Of a DNA stretch of 64,000 bases, positions 10,362-19,047 are shown one piece after another. Where the stretch lies: assembly GCA_020353515.1 (NCBI GenBank), contig CP070695.1:441173-505172 (forward strand), written 5' to 3'. The position numbers and the translations under genes were made by a program. Position 1 is the stretch's first letter, and each line of letters begins with the position of its first letter. This DNA comes from Candidatus Heimdallarchaeota archaeon (GTDB lineage: Archaea; Asgardarchaeota; Heimdallarchaeia; Hodarchaeales; Hodarchaeaceae). The notes under the pieces were generated by a model. The model did no database searches. It was not told the origin of the DNA and was given only the letters and a program-made list of their open reading frames with translations.

Positions 10362-10463
10362 ATGTTAGAACCATTTCCAATCATTCTAATCGTAGCTCTT
10401 TTAGGATTATTGTTATTGTTTATTGCCCTTTTCATTAGATTTCTTAAGAAAGTTACGAGCTAG
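10362..10463 (+). CDS. 33-aa single-TM micropeptide B (MLEPFPIILIVALLGLLLLFIALFIRFLKKVTS)
   Basis: GGTAG upstream; same length and C-terminal motif as peptide A. Confidence 0.7.
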   Translation: MLEPFPIILIVALLGLLLLFIALFIRFLKKVTS

Positions 10464-10688
10464 TGATCTTACTAGGTAACATAATGGAGTTAATTTCAGG
10501 GAGCGAAACACCAGAATAAAGACTCAACTTAACTTCAATCAATAACATCAAAGAAACAGTTGATTTTGCGTCTATTGCAAGTTTGATGTCTAAATTCACG
10601 GTTATAAAAGGTGTAATCTCACTTTTAACCAATAATGGGAGAAATATGATGAAAATGTTGTACTCCACAATCAAACTTATTATAACGA

Positions 10689-11642
10689 TTGTTGTTCAGG
10701 CAAAATTTCTTCAGCTATCGAATCATTAATATAAATTCACAAGCAATCTTTCCTCTGATGATATTGCAACATAAATTATTCATTCTCTTCCTTATAATCT
10801 TCTTTTACCCAAGCGTTATTCCTTGTATTAGTCAAAATAATGACCAAGGTCCCACATCTTTGAGATGGCATGAAAATCTCAAAATAGATACTATTTTAGG
10901 TTGGAAAATCACAGAATTAACTCTCCTAGATGTTCCTCATTTTAAAATTGGAGAGATGAAGATTTATCCTTATGATGTAGTTCAAATTGGGCTTGTTAGA
11001 GATCCACCAGTTGAAGCAAAAGATTTTTTTGGACTTGAATACCTAATCTATAATTACAATCCGCCAATTTGGATTAATTTCTTCGTAGAATCTATCCGAA
11101 TTGATCTAGAACTCGCACAAGTTGACCTTGAAATAGGTAAAAAAACAGAATTTACCTTTTTGCAGTTGTTCGCTCTACCAATTGAATATGTTTTTGAAAA
11201 TGGGAGTTCATCCTCTCTTGACTATTTCTTGGATGTCTTCGGGACAGTTATATTTGACTTGCAAGATTATTCTGTAACTCAAGATAATAGGTCATTTATT
11301 GTTGAATGGAATACTGGTATAGATACCAATAAAACGAGTTATTCTTATACAATTTCTCGAACAACTGGAGTCACAACACGATTTTCTTGGAATACATCTG
11401 AGTTTAGAATGGTTTGGGATTATTTTTTTGAAGCGACTAATCTCAATCTCGACGGTGAGCTTAAAAATCTTGATGATCGTTATTCTGTTCAACTGATATA
11501 CCCAGTAACAACTCCATGGGAATTAGTAATATTTGCTTTTCTGATAATAGTTCCACTAGCGCTTCTAGTGATAATAAAAACAATAAAACGATTTGAGAAG
11601 AAGTTTCCTTACGAAGATCTCGTTGATTCTGAAATAGAGTAA
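10689..11642 (+). CDS. Cell-surface protein with signal peptide and C-terminal TM anchor (likely start ATG 10758)
   Basis: Hydrophobic N-terminus; several N-x-S/T sequons; TTPWE + TM + basic tail. Confidence 0.75.
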   Translation: MLFRQNFFSYRIININSQAIFPLMILQHKLFILFLIIFFYPSVIPCISQNNDQGPTSLRWHENLKIDTILGWKITELTLLDVPHFKIGEMKIYPYDVVQIGLVRDPPVEAKDFFGLEYLIYNYNPPIWINFFVESIRIDLELAQVDLEIGKKTEFTFLQLFALPIEYVFENGSSSSLDYFLDVFGTVIFDLQDYSVTQDNRSFIVEWNTGIDTNKTSYSYTISRTTGVTTRFSWNTSEFRMVWDYFFEATNLNLDGELKNLDDRYSVQLIYPVTTPWELVIFAFLIIVPLALLVIIKTIKRFEKKFPYEDLVDSEIE

Positions 11643-11765
11643 ATAATTTCCAATACCGAGGAGTCCAGCTTACCTTCACAAATCTCACCATTCCTAATAT
11701 TGGCCATTTTATAATCCGACAATTTCTCTAACAAGTTGTGCTTATGTCTTCAGAATAGGATATTA

Positions 11766-12821
11766 CTAGGTAAAAATTGCTTTAGAACGGAAATCATTCT
11801 TACAGGGACTTCCAGCACATACTTCCAGCTCATCATTTCCTAATATAGCAATCCAGGAATACAATGTGCTTACTAAATCTTCTTCTTTACGATCTCCATT
11901 CTCGGTATAGATAACTCCCTTAATGTGATCGCAAACCCCATATTTGTGGTCTCTTAAAATCGATTTAATTGAATCTATAGATATTGGCTTTTTCTGGCTT
12001 TTGTACCAATTTGATATTCCTTCAAGGCGTGTAAGAGTGGTATGGGCATTGGCGTCTGTTATTTGATTCTCTAAATCCTTCATTTCCTCTGATTGAAAAT
12101 GATTAGTTGCGATGAGAAATTCATCTTGAGCAAAAGTAGTAAAAACCTTGTAAGGAGTTGCTTCAACCCGTGCACTCATTCCACTTCTGTCTGCGAGAAG
12201 ATAGATATTCCCTTCACAGAGTGGAACTTTTTCAAGAAATTTTACTGCTTTTTCTACATTTTTAAAACTATCAAGTATCCATCTTATTGCCATACTTAAC
12301 ATAATTCCAGGTTTAAGATCCCCATTATAATACGCAGCAGTAGCACATCCACACGCTAATCCTGTTTCGTTAACACCCCCAAAACCACCAACATAATGAT
12401 CAGTAAATAACACATTTCTCATTTTATTTTGAGGAGAAATATAATGCATAGTAAAATATTCCTTGACTTCTGTTGACCAATCATAATTTCTAGCCATCAC
12501 AGGTTTTCCACTCTCAGAGTGTTTCCCAGGAACAGTAAACACTGTACAATGCTGATCTGAGGCAGTAGAAAAGCTCTTTATGTATGACTGATCATAGAGA
12601 ATAATTGCATTAAGTCGAGCCTTATCAAGATTAGCTGCGTCGGAAATACCTTGAAGTTCTTCTAACAACCCTGGCGTAAATTCCTCCATTGCATCCTCAC
12701 AACCAGCTGCCCATTCCAATTTTTTGGCGTCAGCTTCTGGAAGATGGAGTTTTCCTTGAATCATCTTACCTAAATGGGTCCCCAATTCATAGTAAGAACC
12801 CGCTAATTTTACATTTTTCAT
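11766..12821 (-). CDS. Peptidase C45 / Ntn-hydrolase (acyl-CoA:6-APA acyltransferase family)
   Basis: GSYYELG, H|CT autoprocessing site, ARNYDW, GVNETGL, TNHF. Confidence 0.9.
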   Translation of the reverse strand: MKNVKLAGSYYELGTHLGKMIQGKLHLPEADAKKLEWAAGCEDAMEEFTPGLLEELQGISDAANLDKARLNAIILYDQSYIKSFSTASDQHCTVFTVPGKHSESGKPVMARNYDWSTEVKEYFTMHYISPQNKMRNVLFTDHYVGGFGGVNETGLACGCATAAYYNGDLKPGIMLSMAIRWILDSFKNVEKAVKFLEKVPLCEGNIYLLADRSGMSARVEATPYKVFTTFAQDEFLIATNHFQSEEMKDLENQITDANAHTTLTRLEGISNWYKSQKKPISIDSIKSILRDHKYGVCDHIKGVIYTENGDRKEEDLVSTLYSWIAILGNDELEVCAGSPCKNDFRSKAIFT

Positions 12822-13258
12822 GAATAATTTACTCCTACGTCTTGATTTCTATTTAACTTCCGTAAATTTCTTTAATAGAGATTATATATATGAATTAAGT
12901 TTTTTTATGGTCTTGTTGCGAATTAGTATTCCTATCACATTAATAACGGTGGGAAAAATTAATGAGAGGAATGATTACAATGGGGATTGACTTAGATTAA
13001 TAAATATTTCTCTAGTGGCAATAAATTGAATATAGAAGCAAATAAAAAGATTCTCTCTGTAAGCTATTGAACGGGGTTCTTATTCAAAATAAAATAAGCA
13101 TGTAGCTCTATTAAAAAGATTTGGAATGTTAATGATTATAGTATGAATATATTACGATTTAAATATGTACGAATTATAACTAGAATGTAGTTACGTCTTT
13201 TTAAAACCTCAAAAAAATTTAAGGAGAAGTGACTAAACAAAAAAAACAAGGATTAGAT

Positions 13259-14011
13259 TTAAGATTCATTTAGTTCAAAGTTGAGATGCAGGCAAATCTT
13301 ATTCATGTATACTGGCCCAAAGATGATATAAATACAAAAAAATGAAAAAACACACAATACAGTCCAAAAATTTGACAAGATAAAGAAAGAACCTATTATT
13401 AAGTAGCCAATCCCACGAAGGAATTTAAAAAAGGAAGAATAGGAAATATGGGAGGGATACTTAAGGTGTGTTATCATTAACAGACTAATTGCTATTATAA
13501 TAAGCACGATAATAATTCTGTTGTTGAAAAGAAAGCTTAATTCCGAAGGGGTCGTCATTATAAGGACGATCAAAGAGCCAACGACCAATGCTGCTATAGA
13601 TGTTGGTAATCCTTCAAAGTAGGTTTTTGGGGAATTTCTTACAAAACGGATGAGCCGATAACTACCACAGATCATATAGAATAACGAAACCAGAAGAATA
13701 AATCCATCCATCCATTGTGGATCTGATGGACTATTTTGCTCTGAAAAAATTAAGAAAAATGAAGGTACACATACGTAAGTAATGGCATCAGCAATACTGT
13801 CCATATATGCTCCATAAAGAGAGTATTGTTGAGATCTTTTCGCAAAGTACCCATCCAAGAAGTCAAATCCAGCTCCTATTATTATCATCTTAAGAGGCCA
13901 AAAAATGTCCCCAATAATAGCATAATAGATACCCAGAATTCCAGCAATGCCATTTAAACAGGTAAATGCGAATGAAATGTATTTATAGACCCTTTTTTGG
14001 CTTCTGGACAT
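13259..14011 (-). CDS. CDP-alcohol phosphatidyltransferase, PssA/archaetidylserine synthase-like
   Basis: DFLDGYFAK...GAYMDSIAD signature; RLIRF and FEGLPT motifs of PssA. Confidence 0.85.
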   Translation of the reverse strand: MSRSQKRVYKYISFAFTCLNGIAGILGIYYAIIGDIFWPLKMIIIGAGFDFLDGYFAKRSQQYSLYGAYMDSIADAITYVCVPSFFLIFSEQNSPSDPQWMDGFILLVSLFYMICGSYRLIRFVRNSPKTYFEGLPTSIAALVVGSLIVLIMTTPSELSFLFNNRIIIVLIIIAISLLMITHLKYPSHISYSSFFKFLRGIGYLIIGSFFILSNFWTVLCVFSFFCIYIIFGPVYMNKICLHLNFELNES

Positions 14012-14025
14012 TTGAAAAAACCAGT

Positions 14026-15003
14026 TTATCCTTTATCATCGTTTAATAGAATAAATGAAGAGTGAAAATCTAAATTGTTCTGAATCAAGTCAGGATCATT
14101 TGTCGTGGAGTACAAGATAAACTTTCGCAGAAAAAAAAGGAACTTTGGAAAGCCTAGGAATTGTGATAAAAGACTTGGACTCAAAGTAAAAACAAGTGTG
14201 TTGATTTGTGGATAAGTATGAAACAAAGTAGTAAAAATAGATCGAGTAATTGAAGGTTGTACTTCTCGCTCATCAAAAGGAATCGATAAATATCGTATTT
14301 GCAGAGTTTTTAGTAAAATTGGGAATTTGTGAATAAATCTCCCCTGTGTTGGATGTATTGGTCGTGAAACTTGAAGTATGCAAATCAACTGTTTTCTAAA
14401 GTAAAATGAGAACCATTCTGGAGAAGTATCCCATGAAAAATGGGGTACCCAATATTTCTTATGTTTTTTCACATGATATCTCAATAGTTTTGGAATTGTA
14501 TGAGATTTTACAATTTCCAGAGGTTTAGGCTTTTTAATTCTTGGAAAAGTGAAGTATCGGAAAAGAACAGCCCCAGATACGTTTACACCTGGAAATAGCT
14601 TCAGTTTGTTTGCTAATAGTCTCATTCTTGTATTCTTAGACTCAATTAAGAAAAAACGATGGACTTCTTCAGAAAGAAGTTTCTTCCTATAATATTCCTC
14701 AATTTGTCTGAAAATTCCTTTATTTTGCCATGATGGATGAACCTTTATGTTATGAACCCAGAAAAATCGTTGTTTTAATAATACACCGTTTTGGAAGATT
14801 TTTATAGGATGGGCCCACATTTGACCTATTATTTCTTTATTACTACGAGCCACAACAGCCTTTACGCCATCTGTTAATATCCATCGTTTATACTCGTTAC
14901 TAGAGATAATGGGAGCCACTTTTTTGCGGTAGATGGAATAATCATTGTACTGAAGAGCAGGAATATCGGTAACTGAAATGTCTGATGTTATTTTTACCGT
15001 CAT
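14026..15003 (-). CDS. GNAT-fold acyltransferase-like protein
   Basis: Acyl-CoA motif VHPSWQNKGIF. Confidence 0.7.
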   Translation of the reverse strand: MTVKITSDISVTDIPALQYNDYSIYRKKVAPIISSNEYKRWILTDGVKAVVARSNKEIIGQMWAHPIKIFQNGVLLKQRFFWVHNIKVHPSWQNKGIFRQIEEYYRKKLLSEEVHRFFLIESKNTRMRLLANKLKLFPGVNVSGAVLFRYFTFPRIKKPKPLEIVKSHTIPKLLRYHVKKHKKYWVPHFSWDTSPEWFSFYFRKQLICILQVSRPIHPTQGRFIHKFPILLKTLQIRYLSIPFDEREVQPSITRSIFTTLFHTYPQINTLVFTLSPSLLSQFLGFPKFLFFLRKFILYSTTNDPDLIQNNLDFHSSFILLNDDKG

Positions 15004-15113
15004 TGAGCGTCCCCTCTGAATTATCCTTTATTTTCCATCATAATAACTTTTTCTACCTTAACGACCTTCTCTTTCACTTAAAATTAATTATTTAAGTAAT
15101 TAATTCCGAACTT

Positions 15114-15689
15114 ATGTATCCTCAGTTTAAGTCAAGGAACCGAAAAATGAATACTTCTCAGAAAATAAAAATTGCTCTGGGCTGCTTTTTCCTAATTTTA
15201 ATATATTTTTCAGCAATGAATTTAATTTATTTCGCTCCTATTCCTTATTCAACAACGGAAGGAAGCTTTTCATTAGCAGCCACGGAAGATTTAATCATCT
15301 ATGAAAAATGGGCGAGAAAAGTTACTGTAGAAATCGAATTGGTTTCAGGAGGCCCATTACTACTGATCCATACTGTAATAAGTGATGATATTACAGACGA
15401 AATCGCTAAAGAAGGAAAATTTCAGGATCAATTTCAGACGTGGAGGATTACACTTAGTACCTGGGGAACTACCGCTATAAATGCCACTGGTACTTACAAA
15501 ATTATTGATCATACTTCCCCTCTCCTACCAAAACCAAAAAATAATTATGTTTCAACAATTGAGATATACCTTCAATTTATGTTTCTTGCATCAATTATGT
15601 TGATGGGATTCTTGTTAGTTATTTCTACAATAATTGGGCTTTTCCACATACTTAAAGAGAAACATAATATTAATTCGATGAAGAAATAG
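15114..15689 (+). CDS. Hypothetical membrane protein (N- and C-terminal TM)
   Basis: Open ORF with two TMs flanking a beta-rich domain. Confidence 0.7.
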   Translation: MYPQFKSRNRKMNTSQKIKIALGCFFLILIYFSAMNLIYFAPIPYSTTEGSFSLAATEDLIIYEKWARKVTVEIELVSGGPLLLIHTVISDDITDEIAKEGKFQDQFQTWRITLSTWGTTAINATGTYKIIDHTSPLLPKPKNNYVSTIEIYLQFMFLASIMLMGFLLVISTIIGLFHILKEKHNINSMKK

Positions 15690-15725
15690 TTGAAATTTTG
15701 ATTATTTACTCACATATCTAATTAA

Positions 15726-17312
15726 TTAGGGTCTTGTGTTTTGGGTTAAATCTCTTATTTTGATAGCTTCTCGCAAATATTCTTTAATTTCAATAAAAGC
15801 GATGCGTTCCTGTAAGGAAGCATTTCTATCAACTAAAGCTTGCCATTTATTTAATTCTTTTTTTAAAGTTAATTGTTCAGATTTGACCTGATTAATCAAA
15901 TTTATAAGTTTTTTTTCTTCAGCAATCTCATGAGCTTGTTCTAATAGTTCCAAGGCGCTGTTAATATCACCCTCAATTGTGGCAAGTTTTGCCTGTAAAA
16001 CTAAAGTCTTTATGAGGTCAGGAGTGAATTGCCAAGTATGTGTCAACTTAATGAGCTTCTTTGATAAAGTAAGTACTTCTTGAAGAAGTGCCTCATCTTC
16101 AAATGTTTTTACTTCCTGTAATAACAAGTCGCAGAGATGAAGCATAGCTAAGAACCGTGTCCGCTGACTTGCACTATTATCTTCAAAGACTTCTTTCAAT
16201 AAGTCTTGTGCTTGAGCCTTTTCTTTAAAGCGTTTACTAGTTTTAAGAATCAGAGCTTTGGCTAATAGATATTTTGATCTGATGTCTGGACTTTTATCAA
16301 TTTGAATTTGAGTTTGAAGTTGAGCTAGATATTTACGCGCTTGATCAATCTTGTTTAAATCAAGATGGAGGAGGCATAAATTCCACAAAATTGCTGAAAG
16401 ATCTGAGAATACAATTATTTGCATTTCTCTAGCAACTGCTAAGCTTTGCGAGTAATAGTCTAATGCTTTTTCAAACTCCCCCTTACTATGATAAATAGAT
16501 CCTATTCCTGTTAATCCTCGTGTAATCCCTAAGACAGCATTAATTTTCTGAGCAATTTCTAACCCTTCCTGCATATACTTTAGAGCTAGATTTAAATCTC
16601 CCTGGATATGATAAATATTCCCTAGCTTAATTAGAGGGTATACTTGGGGATTTCTATTCCCTAAGTTTCTCCCAATCGCCAATGCTTTATTATGACAATC
16701 TATAGCTTGAGACCATTCGCCTAATCTCTCATAAACAACACTCATGTCATTGTAGAGAAGAAGCGCAAGAAGCTTTGTAGGAAACCATGGCTTCAAAGCC
16801 ACATCCAAACTTTGAGAATATAACTGTAAGACTAAGGGAAATGCTTCATACCCTCTACTGAAATGGAGATAAGCCTTTACTGTCCATAACCAAGCTTGAA
16901 AATATTGCGTTTTGATTTTTCTATCTTTAGATAATTCCTCTAGTGATGGATAGATGAGTTCCAGTTCATCCCATGCCTTCTGAGCAAGTTCCAGTTCCTC
17001 CAATGCTTCCTCGTGTTTTGCCTGGCTCTCCAAAATATATGCTTTTGTAGTTCGAGCAAAACTGTGATATAAAGGATTTTTTTGAGTCTTAATTATGATT
17101 TGTTCGATAAGAGGTTTAAATTGCTCGTAATCCCCAGAAGCCTGCCCAATTAGAAGAGCTCTAATCAATTCTCCCTCAAGCATGTCTTCGCCTTGCAGCG
17201 TTTCAATAGTAAGAAACGCTTCCTGGGACTTGCCATGATCAATGAGGCGGTAAAATGTCTTTAATCCCATATACTTATCCTCTAACTTGAGAAAATGAAT
17301 TTTTTGTTCCAA
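15726..17312 (-). CDS. Tetratricopeptide-repeat protein
   Basis: TPR units (IGSIYHSKGEFEKALDYYSQSL); AGGAG before TTG; paralogue of 2809-4464. Confidence 0.9.
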   Translation of the reverse strand: MEQKIHFLKLEDKYMGLKTFYRLIDHGKSQEAFLTIETLQGEDMLEGELIRALLIGQASGDYEQFKPLIEQIIIKTQKNPLYHSFARTTKAYILESQAKHEEALEELELAQKAWDELELIYPSLEELSKDRKIKTQYFQAWLWTVKAYLHFSRGYEAFPLVLQLYSQSLDVALKPWFPTKLLALLLYNDMSVVYERLGEWSQAIDCHNKALAIGRNLGNRNPQVYPLIKLGNIYHIQGDLNLALKYMQEGLEIAQKINAVLGITRGLTGIGSIYHSKGEFEKALDYYSQSLAVAREMQIIVFSDLSAILWNLCLLHLDLNKIDQARKYLAQLQTQIQIDKSPDIRSKYLLAKALILKTSKRFKEKAQAQDLLKEVFEDNSASQRTRFLAMLHLCDLLLQEVKTFEDEALLQEVLTLSKKLIKLTHTWQFTPDLIKTLVLQAKLATIEGDINSALELLEQAHEIAEEKKLINLINQVKSEQLTLKKELNKWQALVDRNASLQERIAFIEIKEYLREAIKIRDLTQNTRP

Positions 17313-17423
17313 ATTCTCCTATGTTTTTTTCTCCTTCTTGAGTTCTATCCACATCCAAAAAAAGGGAATTAAAAATATATCTTCTATAAAAATGATACCT
17401 CTAAAGGAAGATTTATAATATCG

Positions 17424-17459
17424 ATGTAAAGGAACCTTTACGTAAAGGTTCCTTAACAT
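17424..17459. promoter_or_regulatory. Double palindromic operator upstream of the DUF2178-like/XRE/sortase operon
   Basis: 36-bp dyad with one mismatched pair, made of GTAAAGGAACCTTTAC followed by GTAAAGGTTCCTTAAC. Confidence 0.8.
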
Positions 17460-17500
17460 TTCATCATAAAACTCTATAAAATCACTGGTAGGAACGATCA

Positions 17501-17899
17501 ATGGCGTTTACTAAACGATGGAAGGCAGAATTAGGCATTTCTTTATTAATTTTCATTGAGTTTTTGGGAATCACACTGTGGGCTCTTTTAACAGATAGAA
17601 ATGATATCTTTTTTTCATGTGCTATACTCATGGGAATTGGATTAATCTTCACGTTAGTTAAGATATATGAGGCAAAATTCCAGAGTAGACGAGTGGATGA
17701 CGAAAGAATTGAAATGCTAACTGAGCAGGCTTATTTGATTTCCGCTATTGCTGGAATGATTATGCTTCCACAAATTGCTATTTACGAGATTTTTACTGGA
17801 ATTACCGTTAGTGCCCTGGACACATTTGTTATCGTAGCAAATACCTGCGTGATTGTTTTTCTTGTTGTTGAACTATTTCAGCAGTACTGGTTATCATAA
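17501..17899 (+). CDS. Four-TM membrane protein, DUF2178-like
   Basis: DER...A motif after TM2; typical partner of a small XRE regulator. Confidence 0.75.
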   Translation: MAFTKRWKAELGISLLIFIEFLGITLWALLTDRNDIFFSCAILMGIGLIFTLVKIYEAKFQSRRVDDERIEMLTEQAYLISAIAGMIMLPQIAIYEIFTGITVSALDTFVIVANTCVIVFLVVELFQQYWLS

Positions 17900-17907
17900 T
17901 AATCTCG

Positions 17908-18114
17908 GTGATGAGAATTAAAAACCGATTGAAAGAGTTGCGAAAAGAATACAACTTAACTCAAGAAGAGTTGGCGAACAAACTGAAAATCACCAGACAA
18001 ACCGTTATTGCTATTGAAAAAGGAAGATATAATCCTTCTCTTGGTCTTGCATTTAAGATCGCTCAACTATTCAAGTGTAAAATAGAAGATATATTCATTT
18101 TTGAAGAAAAATGA
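17908..18114 (+). CDS. XRE/Cro-family HTH transcriptional regulator
   Basis: LTQEELA...ITRQTVIAIEKGRYNPSL. Confidence 0.95.
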   Translation: MMRIKNRLKELRKEYNLTQEELANKLKITRQTVIAIEKGRYNPSLGLAFKIAQLFKCKIEDIFIFEEK

Positions 18115-18127
18115 TGAGGATAGGATA

Positions 18128-18850
18128 ATGTCAAGAGTTAACGATGCGCAGACTGCGTCAGAAGAGGAAAAAAACCAAATCAAGAATCAATCATCAAAAA
18201 GACATGAAAATGACAAAATAATGATTTTCACTATTGTTCTCGCTTCAGTTATGACCTTTCTACTTTATACCATTCCTGATTGGGTATTTCTTGAATATCC
18301 AATCAGAGATCTTGTTCAATTCATTCTCTCATTACTAGGTATTGTTAGTGAGCCTATACCCCAGAATGGACAATTCATAATACCAATAGAACTTCGTGGA
18401 GGTTCATTCCCCTTTCTAGAGGCAACAGAACAAACTCCAGGGGTACTGATTCCAGTCACCCAAGGACGTTATTATATCACAAAAACTTGTACTGCGATGC
18501 AGGCTGGCTCATTCCTGATAGGAATAATCGCTGTAACTGAAACCTCAAGAAGTTCAAAATTAAAAGCTATTTTATTAACCTTTATTACATTATTCTTTAT
18601 GAATGTTCTCAGGATAACGTTTCATTTCTGGTCTGTAACATTATTAGTTCAACATTTCCATCTAGACCACGAAACTGCTTTCTTTTGGGGACATGACATC
18701 TCTTCAAAAATACTGGGATTTATAGGAACAATTCTACTTGCGTTGTTAGTTGAACAAATGGATGTCCCAATTATTGACCAATTTGCAGATTGGTTAGATT
18801 ATTTCTGGTGGCGTGGAAATACTTTAATCGCGAAACTTATTAGAAACTGA
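18128..18850 (+). CDS. Archaeosortase/exosortase-family transpeptidase
   Basis: Polytopic with Cys (ITKTCTAM), Arg (MNVLRI) and His (GHD) triad; ATG 18128 preferred to TTG 18101. Confidence 0.85.
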   Translation: MSRVNDAQTASEEEKNQIKNQSSKRHENDKIMIFTIVLASVMTFLLYTIPDWVFLEYPIRDLVQFILSLLGIVSEPIPQNGQFIIPIELRGGSFPFLEATEQTPGVLIPVTQGRYYITKTCTAMQAGSFLIGIIAVTETSRSSKLKAILLTFITLFFMNVLRITFHFWSVTLLVQHFHLDHETAFFWGHDISSKILGFIGTILLALLVEQMDVPIIDQFADWLDYFWWRGNTLIAKLIRN

Positions 18851-19047
18851 GAATTTGTATTATGTTGGGTAACAATAAATTTCAGAATTCAAGTTAAATT
18901 TAATTTTAAATTGAAGAATATGTAAGTGTTTCCGATAAAAATCCTCGTTACTAAAAATACGGATCCTTGTCAGTGTTTAAGACGTAGGATTTACAAAGGT
19001 TTATAATAACACATTGAGCTTTCATCATTAACCTTTGGTGTTTTTTC

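Noticed and set aside
10223-10435. Tracked 70-aa minus-strand ORF
   Set aside because: Asn/Ile-rich antisense shadow of the two plus-strand micropeptides
10453-10674. Tracked 73-aa minus-strand ORF
   Set aside because: No SD or recognisable motif; neither strand gives a convincing gene
11643-11765. Faint resemblance to the 3' end of the C45 peptidase gene
   Set aside because: Too short and degenerate to distinguish from chance
12822-13258. Long AT-rich gap as possible ncRNA or origin
   Set aside because: No stable structure, ORB-like repeats or cdc6 neighbour seen
17319-17501. 60-aa minus-strand ORF
   Set aside because: Spans the divergent promoter and the operator palindrome
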